64,000 nt of DNA, from the NCBI GenBank assembly GCA_964016885.1, contig OZ024755.1, positions 29,016,001 to 29,080,000 of the forward strand, read 5' to 3'. Source of the stretch: Eledone cirrhosa (Eukaryota). Position numbers and translations under genes: made by a program. Below, piece by piece: positions 14,422-26,875 of the stretch; within the stretch, counting starts at the first letter, position 1, and each line of letters begins with the position of its first letter. Under the pieces are notes generated by a model, which was not told the origin of the DNA, made no database searches, and saw only the letters and a list, made by a program, of their open reading frames with translations.

Positions 14422-14822
14422 TTATTTCTTGGTTATATTGTATCGTAGATAGACGGTATGTATCGAGTATGAAAGCATTTCAGTGAAGATTTCTGTCACA
14501 TCAAGTGAGCACGAAAAGGCTTCCATGTTGAATTGGCAACATAACGTCAAAACATTCTGTGAACTTATACTACTTATTAAAGCTAGCACTCTTCAATTTT
14601 TTAATGCTCAATATGATGAACCTAATATATATTTATTTATTCATATCATCTCTAATCTCTACGCAACAATTCACCTATTATCATTATTAATTCAACATTA
14701 GTAAGTACATCACGGCATTTGTAATGCAACGTTTGACAATATTAAAATGATCTACATACGAGAACGGACATAATAGTGAGCCTCTGCAATTTTGTTAAAT
14801 GTGTCACGTGTAGACATTTTAA

Positions 14823-15032
14823 CCCTTTAACATTTAAACCGGCCATATCCGGTCAGAATTCTCTCACTTCTTTCTGTTCAAACCAGCCATAACTGACCGC
14901 TAATACTGACGTTAAGGTATTGTTGTCAAAATAAATAACATCAAAATCTCATAGATTCGATATTATGTGAGATAATTGTGTAAGATAAAGCCTTTACCAC
15001 AAAAATACAAGAGTAATGTAAATGCTAAAGGG
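14823..15032. mobile_element. piggyBac-type MITE
   Basis: TTAA-CCCTTTAACATTTA...TAAATGCTAAAGGG-TTGA. Confidence 0.75.
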
Positions 15033-15391
15033 TTGAACAAAAGAACAACCATATATAACATTAACGATAGAATATTCTACAAAATAATCAGTATAATATA
15101 TTTTGAACATACTAAGTGGTTTCGACAGTATAAGAGGACAATGACAAGTTGTCATTTATGCCTACCTCAAACATGTATTAAATAAATCGAACATTTGTAT
15201 AGATCACGGTGATGTGAAAGATTCATATAAGTCAGTAAAATAAGTTTAATTAAATCATTCACACACAATGGTAATTATATCAATAATTGATCATTAGGCT
15301 ATCCAGATTTATTTATTGAAAGTGATTCAGTTGATTTTCCCGCTATTGACACAAATTATGTTGAATCATGTAATCGGTAAATGAAAGGTTA

Positions 15392-15790
15392 TTCTTCTCC
15401 TTCTCCTCCTTCTTCTTCGTCCACTTATTCCTGAAAGGGTCATCGGGAAAGGGTCCTGAAACACCCATTTCAGCGTGTCCTTTCAGAAAAACCGTCACCA
15501 GCTGACTCCACTGAATCCTCAAGTTAGACCGGCTAAACTTATGGATGTCATCCAAATATCTTGCTCTGGGTATAGCCCTCGGTTTCCTACCGGTTGGTTT
15601 TGATAGTAAACATGTGTCCAACGATTCTTTTCAGGGACATTCTAATCACATACTCATAGTATCGGAGCTGTGATTTCTCAATTCGTAGAAGTAGCGGTTC
15701 TATATGGAATGCCACTCTGATCTCCGTGCTATGCACTCTATCAAATAATGTGACTCCTGAGGATCTTCGGAGGGGCCCTGTTTCGGCCGT
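15392..15790 (-). mobile_element. RTE LINE 3' fragment, same family as 27760-28705
   Basis: Minus strand encodes EPLLLRIEKSQLRYYEYVIRM...PTGRKPRAIPRARYLDDI and ends in a (GAA/GGA)n tail. Confidence 0.8.
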
Positions 15791-15944
15791 ATGTCATCAC
15801 GATCGTATTCGTTCAGTCATTACTCAACATTCATGACCTTAGGTAAGGGTTGGCATGAAAACCGAACTTTAAATAGTGAGTTTGTTATTTACACCTACCT
15901 CCCTTCTTCTGATTACAGAATGCTGAAGCCGGCGCATTACTGCA

Positions 15945-16051
<107 letters not shown>

Positions 16052-16164
16052 ATTGAGTACCTTACTTACTGCGGTTACCCCCGATTGAACCCGGAATAAC
16101 TTATATATATACATGTGCGTGTCTATGAGTGTGTGTGTATGAATGTATCTATATATGTATGTAT

Positions 16165-16722
16165 GTAAAAGGTAAACAGAAATAACAACACAATCGGTAC
16201 CGTGTATGGAAGGAATATATTAGGTTAACGCTTGAAATAGCAGAAAGAGGGTATTTACGTTTTGAATAAAGAATGAGAAATAAGGTAGATTGAAGGGATG
16301 GGCGGGTTGGAAATGGAAAAAAATGTATTTAGATAAAAATAACAGGTCCATTCATGTTGACAACGAGGTACACTTAAAAGGTTTTGAGACTTTTATCACA
16401 GAGGGGCATTTATTTACCGAGCGATTTTAAAGCTGGTCTTGCCGTAAAATCGCTCGGTATGCGAATGAAGCTTATCAGCCGTTGTGTAATTTAGAAAATA
16501 TATGTTCAACAGTTGAATCGAGTGGTAGAAAAGTATATAGTCCTGATGACGGGTAATGCCCCATAAACATGTTGATTGTTCCTCGATGCTACTGTTGAAC
16601 AAACGGATGGCGATAGCCGTCAAGACACAGCATAGATTAATAAGGCCGTTTACCTTTTACCTGTTCGAGCCATCCGGCGTTTGCTTGCAAGCGAATCGAA
16701 TATTATAGTTACGTCCCTTTAC
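16165..16722 (+). mobile_element. PLE pLTR-like insertion with a degenerate hammerhead and short inverted terminus
   Basis: TAGTC CTGATGA CGGGTAATGCCCCA TAAA(for GAAA) CATG TT GATTG at 16538-16578. GTAAAAGGTAAAC (16165) is inverted to GTTTACCTTTTAC (~16648). Confidence 0.5.
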
Positions 16723-16729
16723 TATATAC

Positions 16730-16914
16730 GGGTGGTGGATTGGCAGTATCGGTAGAGAGTCGGACACCATGCTTTCCAGCATATTTACGTCCCTCTACGG
16801 TCTGAGTTCAAATCCCGCCAGGGTTAACTTTGCCTTTCATCCTTACGGGGTCGATAAAATAAAGTACCAGTAATGTACTGGGTATTTGCTGGCCTTGTCC
16901 CAAACGTAGAAACA
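16730..16914 (+). mobile_element. tRNA-derived SINE
   Basis: A/B boxes and core present. Confidence 0.9.
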
Positions 16915-17219
16915 ATTATTATTCGTTATAACCCATACTTATATAATCATATATGCTAGAGCGAGAAACCGAATTCTAATGTCATTAGAATTTTGAATTA
17001 CTGAAAGGTAGATATATATATTTCAGTAATTTCAAAATATACGCGAACTTAAAGAATATTGCACTTGAATAAAAAACATAACTAAATATATAGTGAATTG
17101 TAACTTGACTATATATTTCGTCAATTCTACTATGTAATAGACACTAGGAATCGTATTATGTTATCTTGTGAATATAATAAAAGAATTAGCTTATTTTTTA
17201 TATTTATTTATAATGGAAA

Positions 17220-17298
<79 letters not shown>

Positions 17299-17729
17299 GA
17301 GAGAGTAAGAGAGAAAAGCATAGAAGGAAAATATTCTAACATTGCATAATGCATACCTGTCTTTAAGCATATACACACAAAAAACCTTAGTTATGCACAA
17401 AACAAAAGATTTTGCAAATTTCCAATGATATGGTCGATAGCAAATAGAATATAAATACATTTGAACAATGTTAGTTTTTATTAATACAAGCAGAAATTTG
17501 AACAATGTTAGTTTTTTATTAATAGAAGCAGAAATTTGAAGGAAAGAGCATAGTTGAATTAATTGACACACACCCAGCATCCACACACCCAAATTATATA
17601 CACAGAGCAGATATTCTTGGAAAAGGAAAAAAACAGAAATTCCAAACTATATTTTCCTCAGTCTTCTACGGAAATATCTAATCCGCGGTCATAATATTAA
17701 CAATAACAAAATATTGTGTGGTCAAGTAT

Positions 17730-18222
17730 GAAATTTGTAGACATTTCTAGAAGAGAATGAAATTTGTAAATATTTATAGAAGAGAACGAAATTTGTATGC
17801 ATTTCTAGAAGAGAACGAAATTTGTAGACATTTCTAGAAGAGAACGAAATGTGTAGGCATTTCTAGAAGAGAACGAAATTAGTAGACATTTCTAGAAGAG
17901 AACGAAATTAGTAGACATTTCTAGAAGAGAACGAAATTTGTAGGCATTTGTAGAACAGAATGAAATTTGTAAACATTTCTAGAAGAGAACGAAATTTGTA
18001 AACATTTCTAGAAGAGAACGAAATTTGTAAGCATTTCTAGAAGAGAACGAAATTTGTAGGCATTTCTAGAAGAGAACGAATTTTGTAGACATTTCCAGAA
18101 GAGAACAAAATTTGTAGGCATTTCTAGAAGAGAACGAAATTTGTAGACATTTCTAGAAGAGAACGAAATTTGTAGGCATTTCTAGAAGAGAACGAAATTT
18201 GTAGGCATTTCTAGAAGAGAAC
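17730..18222. repeat. 29-bp minisatellite x17
   Basis: Unit GAAATTTGTAGACATTTCTAGAAGAGAAC. Confidence 0.96.
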
Positions 18223-18225
18223 GAA

Positions 18226-18319
18226 TTCGGCGGGATTAGAACTCAGACAATAAAGGACAGTAACTCTATGCTGCAAAGCATGGCGTCCGACCCTCTACCG
18301 ATACTGCCAATCCACCGCC
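18226..18319 (-). mobile_element. SINE 5' (tRNA-like) half abutting the 29-bp array
   Basis: Reverse complement of GGCGGTGGATTGGCAGTATCGG...CTGAGTTCTAATCCCGCCGA. Confidence 0.85.
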
Positions 18320-18635
18320 TAAATAATTAATGAGAACTCAAGCCAGAACGCTCCACATTTCTCCACCATATTCGGTTGAATGTGAAAGCGAGAGTTCAGC
18401 GTTATAACTGATGCGATGCTTGGATTGCACTATCCTAAAGTGGAGCATATACCTGTTGGTGGGCACCGCTTGTAAAGCCAATCGTCCGAAAATACGCCAA
18501 TGAAATGAACTTACACCCAGAATTCCTTGGATGGAGCCGGCTCAACCCAACAGGGGGTGAACGACGCCACAAATACAAGTAATTAAAGTACATAGACTTC
18601 GACACGGAACTCTAACTGGGAATTAGAATCTAAGG

Positions 18636-18966
18636 CAGGCATGTCAAACATGTGTCGTGTTTACCTCTTTATATCATTGATTTGACACATGCCCTTAGGA
18701 TTTCATTATCAAACTTCAAATATAAAGTCTCTTTAGTATTGTACACCAGGCATGTCAAACATGTGTCCTGCTGGCCACATGCAGCCCCTTACAAGCACAC
18801 CTACGGCCCATACAACGTTTTTTTACAGCGTGAGTATGTTTTAAATTCGTGATATAAAATGTTTAAAATGTGTTGTGATGTGCGCAATGAGTTGTCGTGT
18901 GTGGCCCTCAGACAACACATATGTGACCCATATGATCCTCGGAAGACCCTCAGTTTGACATACCTG
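18636..18966. mobile_element. hAT (Charlie-like) MITE with 8-bp TSD and duplicated left TIR
   Basis: ATCTAAGG-CAGGCATGTCAAAC...GTTTGACATACCTG-ATCTAAGG. A second left TIR at 18747. Confidence 0.9.
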
Positions 18967-19078
18967 ATCTAAGGTATAAATCTTACACTCGCATTACACT
19001 CATTGCATGGTCTCCATACACCTGAGCCACGGCTGCTTAGCAATTTGAGACAATATGACAATAGAGGATTAGGTAAAG

Positions 19079-20049
19079 GTGATTAAGAACCTATCCCTAA
19101 AAAAAAGAACTATAGATGGACACTCACAGCACACTACCCACCCCTATAGAAATAACAAACATAAGACTAAACATAGAATTAGACAACGAGCACCAGAAAT
19201 ACCTGAACCGAATACTAATATAAGGACCCCTAGGAACTATAGAAAATCCACAGAGAGGAAATACTTATGGTTCAATCCAATATTCAACTCCTCTATAAAA
19301 ACCAAACTGCCTTCTACATTCTTTAAGCTAATTGACAAACACTTCCCTAATCTACCAAATACCATAGAATCTTTAACAGAAAAAACTATCAAATGCGCTT
19401 ACTCTACCCCAGCCAACATAGAATCACACATACATAAAAGGATCTCTAAAGAAAATAACCTACCAACATACACCATTGCACCAAATACAAAACGCAAACA
19501 CATAACAACATCACAACCACACACACATCAGGGCACATCACAACAAAACATTAATAGGCCTAAATCTCAACCCACCCATAACAACTTGCAAAACCGCAAG
19601 GGAGAACCTGCACACAGAAAGGCCTCCAACTGTAAATGCCACCTACCGGATAAGTGCCAACTACAAAATAGATGCCTGGATTCAAGTATGGTGTGTCTGT
19701 GTACTATAAATTCAGGCAACTTTGCATGGCACTACATAGGTTCCACGGCTGGGGAGTTAAAAAAAAGATGGTACGTTCACAGACACTCCATGAAGAACCG
19801 TAGACTGGAAAACTGTACAGCGCTCGCCCATAAAATCTGGCAGAACACAAACCATGAATATAGAATTAGCTGGTCAAAATTATCGGGAGCAAGGGACTAC
19901 AACAATGGAATGTCCACTGCGGACTTTGCAATATGGAGCTATTCCATATTTTAAGGTACGATGAGATGCTGCTTAACAACAAAATAGAAAGATCAATTTT
20001 CTGTAGGCACAAAGCAGCTACCAAGTTCACCAGTTTCAAACCACCATGA
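19079..20049 (+). pseudogene. Penelope-like element ORF C-terminus: RT thumb/linker, Cys-rich linker and GIY-YIG endonuclease (frameshifted)
   Basis: LWFNP...FFKLIDKHFP; CKC...CQLQNRCL; MVC..HYIGST..KKRW..H; TALAHKIW; after a frameshift, CGLCNME...LLN...CRH. Confidence 0.88.
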
Positions 20050-20612
20050 TTCGACGCCGCAATCCCAAAATTCGAACTGAACCACCCGGATTTTAACGTA
20101 CGGAATACATACCACCACATTAGCAGTCAACTAACCGACTGGTCACTAGATCAAACATCTCCTAACCTTTCCTTCACTCTCTCCCTGAAGCCACATCAAT
20201 CCCATTAAGATAAGACAATCAGCAAGCAAAATTTTACCACACACACATATCAAAACCCCCTTCACCATCCATTCTCATGCTGGTACCTCTCACTTAATTT
20301 CTAATTTATTGTTTTTTTCTTTAATCTGTCACGTATCTATGTATGTATCGAATATTGCTTTTCATGTTAGTACTACCTCCACGCCCACATCCTTATACAG
20401 ACACTTACTCACCACCACCACCACTATCAACTATCGTATTATGTACTTATATACTTTAACTTATTTTTAATTTTTTTATTTTTAATTTTTTTATTTTCTT
20501 ACTTTCTTTATTTTCTTACTTTTTACACCTGTAACTTCTTTACCTATTTATCATTATATTTTATTATTGATGTTGTATCTCTATATATACCATGCCATAT
20601 GTGAGTTCGTTC

Positions 20613-20722
20613 GTATTCTGATCATTTGATCAGAGGTAAACACTGTATTGGAGGTCGAGTGAACCAACTTCGAGTGATTAACGGCCTCTAGACTCACTGA
20701 TCAATGAAACAATTGCTAATAC
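20613..20722 (+). ncRNA. Degenerate hammerhead in PLE pLTR
   Basis: GTATT CTGATCA T-TTGATCAG...CTGATCAA-T GAAA CAATTG CT AATAC. Two core changes relative to the homolog at 60763-60875. Confidence 0.65.
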
Positions 20723-20789
20723 TTGAAATAAAGCTCCTTGTTGTACAGCCGACCATGTTATTCTTCAATCTTTCACTATATATATATAT

Positions 20790-20992
20790 AACAAAGTGGG
20801 TGTTCTAAGATACCAGGTGGACCATAACGCATCAGAGTACTCAATACTTAGGGTAGTAGAGTGGGTAATAGGAAAAGAGTCAGGACCCTGACGGCTGAGC
20901 TCCGGCCGTTTAGACAGCTAGATCCGAACAGTTCGAATCTAGATGTCCAAACGGCCGGAGCTCACCCATCGGGGTCCTGACTCCTTTCCTAT
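20790..20992. mobile_element. Family H palindromic element (subfamily B)
   Basis: Long minus arm and inverted short arm centred near 20930. Confidence 0.85.
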
Positions 20993-21043
20993 AAATACAT
21001 ATATATATATATATATGTATATGTATATATATGTATATGTATA

Positions 21044-21106
<63 letters not shown>

Positions 21107-21391
21107 TATAAATTATGTCCATAAAATCATTTGATAAGATATATACACCATTTCCTCTCCCAATCAGCATAATCAACCACACAAAAACCAATTAAACCAG
21201 GCTATAAAATTAAAAGGCACCTATAAATAAATAATAGATAAATAAACGACAGCCATCTATTCGCGATCAACAGCTATAACATATTTACCCAGCATTCCAA
21301 TAGCACGTGGAAATATGTCGTCAACCATACACAATTAGCTATAAAATTAAAGTTAGAAGAAAAAATGCATATAAACATACCTGCTAGTATA

Positions 21392-21450
<59 letters not shown>

Positions 21451-21452
<2 letters not shown>

Positions 21453-21645
21453 CCACAGACCCTCCATCTCAACTCTACCTTTGAAAAGCAGAAGAACTGC
21501 GAAACCGGTAAAGGAACCAAATAAATATATATATTTTTTTTAAAAATAAGACTCCAGTTGCATTTTCGATTTCATCTTTTTTTCTTTATACTTTCACTCG
21601 TGTAGGACACCTCGGTTATTTTTCATTTTGTAAAAAATACCTCAC

Positions 21646-21650
<5 letters not shown>
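21451..21650 (+). mobile_element. PLE pLTR-like fragment with a decayed hammerhead
   Basis: CCT TTGAAAA GCAG-AAGAA-CTGC GAAA CCGG TA AAGG, then AATAAA. Lies between (TA)n tracts. Confidence 0.5.
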
Positions 21651-21689
<39 letters not shown>

Positions 21690-21694
<5 letters not shown>

Positions 21695-22187
21695 CCGTAT
21701 TACACGCGCTTGCTGCGTTTCACACATTCTTTTTTTTTTTGTTGTAAGAAAATGATGATTGATTTTAAATCAGTGATATAATTTATGGAAAAAATGTAAT
21801 GCATGAAAAATTGGAAAACATTGTTTTTTGTAATATATCAAATCAAAATTACATTATTAAATCTTATTCTTATTTTGTTTCTTGTAAATAATTTTTTTCA
21901 CAATATCAATTCAAAACTTTTGTGAATAGGCATCGTATCTTGTCATTTACCTATGGTTTAAATTTCATATAAATCGAAGGGAAAACATTTTCAGCGGAAG
22001 TTTTCAGCGGGTTTTGTGCCCCCGAGGAACCCTTTGGTTCAAATGAAATATACTTATCGATGTACCCTGGGCAATGTAGATTCAGAATATATATATGGTT
22101 ATGGGGGTCTATCTCCAAAACTATACGAGGAATTCGTGAACAATCAAATAAACAAACAGACAAGAACTACAACTTTATATATATAGT
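21690..22187 (-). mobile_element. Non-autonomous Helitron-like element
   Basis: Minus strand begins CTATATATATAAAG..(TGTT)n and ends with GC-rich CGCAGCAAGCGCG...ACTA. Confidence 0.5.
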
Positions 22188-22200
22188 ATATGTGTGTATA

Positions 22201-22278
<78 letters not shown>

Positions 22279-22291
22279 TATATATGTATAA

Positions 22292-22324
<33 letters not shown>

Positions 22325-22410
22325 AATATATATATATATATTTATTTTAATAAATATATATATATATATATAAATATATATATATATATTTATTTTAATA
22401 AATATATATA

Positions 22411-22441
<31 letters not shown>

Positions 22442-22506
22442 TTATTTTAATAAATATATATAAATATATATATATATGAGTGTGTGTGTGTGTGTGTATA
22501 TATATA

Positions 22507-22538
<32 letters not shown>

Positions 22539-23988
22539 CACACACACATATGTTCACAGAGATATATAATGTCTGGAGTGAAATCCTTTCTGCGACCTTC
22601 CCTTAAAAATGGTGGTTGGTAAATGACCGAATACATTTGATAATCATAGAAGACACAGCTTTTGCACAACGTTTATCATCACAGTGACAGAAACTGAACT
22701 TAATAAAAAATACCCGCAGCATATATAGTGTATAGAACAGAAATTAAATACAGACGTGTTATATAATAGATGAAAGAATGACGAATTATTAAAAAAGATT
22801 GAGAGAAGATAATTTATTTGATGTTTGCCTTGAGGAGGATCAACTAAAATCCATCTCCTACGGAAGGATCCCCGTCGTGTGGAATGGCTCATTCAGCGGG
22901 GGGCACCGTCTGTTCTCTGTGGCAATGCTTTCGCCATCTGGTCCACGGGGCAGAGCTGAGATATACTACATGGATGTAAATCTGCCTCTCCCTTAACCCA
23001 GCCAAGAGCTGTTTCCTTATATTTTCCTGTTTATTATGAGATACATTATTATGTTAATTAACGGAGTAAACAATGTCATCAACTTAGTCACAGCTTGTAT
23101 AATAACCATGGAAACAGGCTAGCGTTTTCTCACAGAGAGAAAGATTAAGAGAAATCTATAGAGAGAAGAATAGGTGAGAGGAGCAGAGTGGTGAAGTGAG
23201 TGAGACAGAGGAAGAGAGAAGGGGGAAGAGAGAGACAAAGTTTAAAGAGAAAGAGAGAACTAGGGATAGAAAGAGAGAGGGAGAGAGAGAAAGAGAGATA
23301 GGGAGAGAGAGAAAGAGAGATAGGGAGAGAGCATTAAACAAAGATTACTCACGAAGATAAAAAATGAAAAGTAATCGAGTTGTTTCTATTTCTAAACTTC
23401 ATTAAAATAAAGATAACTGCAATTTTTTTCATTACTTTAATCTCTATCTCGGTATTTTCACTCATTTTAAATGTTATAAATAAAAATACATAGACTTTGA
23501 GTTATCGTACATAGACGTAAAGCTATACATTGTCAAATATATATCTATATATCTAAAACAGAGAATATATCTCTGTCTGTCTGACTGACTCCCTAAAACT
23601 CGAGAACCACCCAACCGATTGTTTTCAAACTTTACACATGTAATGCTTATGGTCCTGTGATTGTTTTGAGCAAATTGTATTTCAAATTTTCAATGCCCTA
23701 GGGACCGCATTAGGCGATTTAGTGATCTCTCTCTATATTTCTTAGTCTTTCTTTTTAGATAGATATATAGATATAACGTTGCGCCCTAATAATATATGTT
23801 GGTATGTCTGGTTGTCTGCATTACGACATTATGACGCTACATTTGTGTGTATATATATATATATATATATATAGGGTGTAACGTTTTTCGAAATATTTAC
23901 TTGAGCGTTCACAGATTGATTTTTATAGTTTCAGAAGATCCCGTTAAGGGTGAAAGCAGCGATTATTTACTTAAACTTTAATCTGTTA

Positions 23989-24026
<38 letters not shown>

Positions 24027-24040
24027 AATATATATATATA

Positions 24041-24314
24041 AACGTTTGAATATGTATAATAAAGCCAAAACAATGCTGGTATGGACATAGAAAAAAGAAT
24101 GCAATTGCAAAAGATATTGTTGACAAATCGTCTTTTACCTTAGACTTATTTAGATGTCCTTAATTTTCGAGATAATATCTCTTCTTCAGAGTGAAATAAA
24201 GGTCTCAAACCAGCGTTCTAAATATCTTGCCAAGCCATGTTTTGGCTTTATTATACATATTCAAACGATTATACCTCATTACACAATGCTTCAAGTGAAC
24301 TATAACCTCCTCCA
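24041..24314. mobile_element. (TA)n-embedded element with 30-bp inverted repeat (PLE-like)
   Basis: CGTTTGAATATGTATAATAAAGCCAAAACA (~24044) is inverted at 24238-24267. Minus strand has CTGAAGA AGAGAT-ATT-ATCTC GAAA near 24165-24189. Confidence 0.5.
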
Positions 24315-24464
24315 TATATATATATATATATATGTAAAAAGTTCTATTTAAATTGTTGGGATACAAGAAGCCAATATTTGTATAACAGATATAAAGCACT
24401 CAACAAATATTTGGAGTAAAAATACGATATTAACAAATGGAAACTATATTTATAAAACTATATT

Positions 24465-24529
24465 TATTTCATTATACATATTTCAAGGACACCAAGTTAA
24501 ATTATGGTGTGCCTTCATCAGACAAAATA
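24465..24529 (-). ncRNA. Type I hammerhead ribozyme
   Basis: TATTTTGT CTGATGA AGGCACACCA..TGGTGTCCTT GAAA TATGTA TA ATGAAATA. Confidence 0.75.
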
Positions 24530-24668
24530 TAATATAGATCAGTTTTATAAATAAATAGTGACATACCCTTAAAAAATGCAACCATTACTATCCGGGAGCT
24601 TCCAACAGTAATGGTTGCCTTTTTTAACGGTATGTCAATATTTATTTATAAAACTGATCTCTATATTA

Positions 24669-24733
24669 TATTTTATCTGATGAAAGCACACCATAATTTA
24701 ACTTGGTGTCCTTGAAATATGTATAATGAAATA
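24669..24733 (+). ncRNA. Type I hammerhead ribozyme
   Basis: TATTTTAT CTGATGA AAGCACACCA..TGGTGTCCTT GAAA TATGTA TA ATGAAATA. Confidence 0.8.
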
Positions 24734-24938
24734 AATATGGTTTTATAAATATAGTTTCCATTTGTTAATATCGTATATATATATATATATATATTTATTT
24801 GTGAACAGATATTTTTGCATACACAATAACAAAATATAAACAAACGTATTTATTTCACGAGGCTCGATAAGGATAAATATATATCAAATATATAATAACC
24901 CTAGAGCAGATCTCGAGCAACGCCGGGCCAACGTGCTA

Positions 24939-24996
<58 letters not shown>

Positions 24997-24998
<2 letters not shown>

Positions 24999-25420
24999 AG
25001 TCACACACTGGGGTTGTGATTTAATCGATTTTCCCCTCCCCCAAAATTGCTGGCTTGTGCCTATGTAAGAAACCAATATTAACAACAGCAGTAATTAAGG
25101 AGGTGGATTGGCAGAATCGGTGGAGGGTCGGACGCCCCTTTATGATCTGAGTTCAAATCCCGCTGAGGTTAACCTCGCCCTTTCATCCTTACGGGGACGA
25201 TAAAATAAAGTACCAGTCACGCACTGGGTTCGATTTGATCGACTTTCCTCCCTCCAAGAACTGCTGGCCTTGTGGCTACATAAGAAACCACTATTTTATC
25301 GACCCGTAAGGATGAATGGTGTAGCTAACCTCGGCAGGATGTGAGCTCAGTTCATAAAGGAGCGTAACCCTATATCACAAAGCATGTTCTCAAACGCTCC
25401 ACCGAAATTGCCAATCCACT
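24997..25420. mobile_element. SINE cluster: 3' fragment (+), near-full copy 25099-25290 (+), partial copy 25294-25420 (-)
   Basis: SINE core motifs on both strands. Confidence 0.85.
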
Positions 25421-25691
25421 GACCAAAATAATTGCAATATATTGAAATTCTTCTATGGTCATTAAATATACAAGGCCGACCTCAATATATCTGACGTTAC
25501 AGTAGTTAGATAGTTGACTTCACTATTTGTCTAGTGGTAATGCAGTCGCCAAAGCCAATATCAGAGACGATATATTACAATTAATATATAATTTGCTATA
25601 TACCATAAGAGCAACTGTCATGCGTACCACAATTTTCTTTACGAATACAATATCATAGCTCTCCTTTTTATTGTTGTAAGTAATAAAGAAT

Positions 25692-25782
25692 AATTGTTTC
25701 CACTTTTGGCACAAGGCCAGCAATTACCCAGTGCATTTCTGCCACTTTATTTTATCGACCCTGTAAGGATGAAAAGCAAAGT
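25692..25782 (-). mobile_element. 5'-truncated SINE with TSD
   Basis: AAGTAATAAAGAATAAT is repeated on both sides. Confidence 0.8.
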
Positions 25783-25881
25783 AATAAAGAATAATGTTAC
25801 ATTCTCTTCCACACGACGAATTTATAGGCTACACCTAAATATAAATTAAATAATCACCTTACAATTTCAAATAATATACCA

Positions 25882-25958
<77 letters not shown>

Positions 25959-26075
25959 GTCCAGAAATAGCCGTCGAAACGGCTTGAGCTCTGCCGTTTG
26001 GGCCTCATACATTTTCCTATTACCCACTGCACTACCCTAAGTATTGAGTACTCTGGTGCGTTATGGTCCATCTGG
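25959..26075 (+). mobile_element. Family H fragment
   Basis: GCCGTCGAAACGGCTTGAGCTCTGCCG...TTATGGTCCATCTGG. Confidence 0.8.
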
Positions 26076-26206
26076 CAACTTCCGTAGTGTGCAGACAAGC
26101 GCTCCATGGATATGAAGATGATACCAGAGCTATAAACATAAGTTAAAATGGTCATACACGCTGAGACGATGGTTAAGAAGCCATGAACCACCTTAGCCAA
26201 AAAAGT

Positions 26207-26302
26207 GGTACTTTATTTTATCGACCCCCTAAGTATGAAAGGCGAAGTTAACCTCGGCGGGATTTAAAGTGCAAAGCATGGTAGTTGACGCTCTACCGAT
26301 AC
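26207..26302 (-). mobile_element. Internally deleted SINE
   Basis: Core motif on the minus strand. Confidence 0.75.
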
Positions 26303-26875
26303 CATTCTGTAATATGATAATGAATTGTAACAATGCGATTTCGATTATTCCTGCTTCCATAACGAAAAGAAAATAATACCATAAATATTTTCTTTGATCA
26401 TTAAATCTTGGTGCATTGTATTATGTAATAATGTGAAAATGTTCCTTCTGTCTTTTGTAATGCATTGTATTTTTTATAAACATAACGACATCGTTTCACG
26501 TATACCATTGTTAGAATTTATACAGGTTTCCTCTTAACAGTCATATGAATTATTGTTTGAGTAAATATTTTGAAAAATTATATTTGCTTACTTTTTGTCT
26601 CATATCAGAGATATTTCACAAATGTTGCTATTATTTGATGATATGTAAACGGAGCTTGCTTCCTGCTACATGGTTAAAGCTTGCGAAAACACGTTTGAAA
26701 TTAGGAAAGAGAAGAATAACTATTAATAATTCAGTGATCCAACTTACTAGAAATACATAAAATCCCCGTTGCAACCTATACTCAGTAATATTCACTAAAT
26801 ATGTTTTATCTATGCAAGATACATTATTAAACCAGTAGCATCTTATGATCTATATCGGTCCTTATCTACTGGCGA

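Larger units (their letters stand above)
19040..20777 (+). mobile_element. 5'-truncated Penelope-like retroelement (ORF remnant, 3' UTR, pLTR)
   Basis: GIY-YIG ORF followed by a T-rich UTR, a hammerhead-like motif at 20613-20722, AATAAA at 20727, and an end in (TA)n. Confidence 0.85.
24334..24776. mobile_element. Palindromic PLE-like insertion with ~168-bp arms and two divergent hammerheads
   Basis: Arms at 24422-24589 and 24608-24776, flanked by (TA)n. Confidence 0.85.
23544..24939 (+). mobile_element. Non-autonomous Helitron-like element with nested insertions
   Basis: 5' TCTATATATCTAAAA..(CTGT)n. 3' hairpin CTCGAGCAACGCCGGG followed by CTAG-T. Pairing the two ends into one element is an inference. 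Confidence 0.6.
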
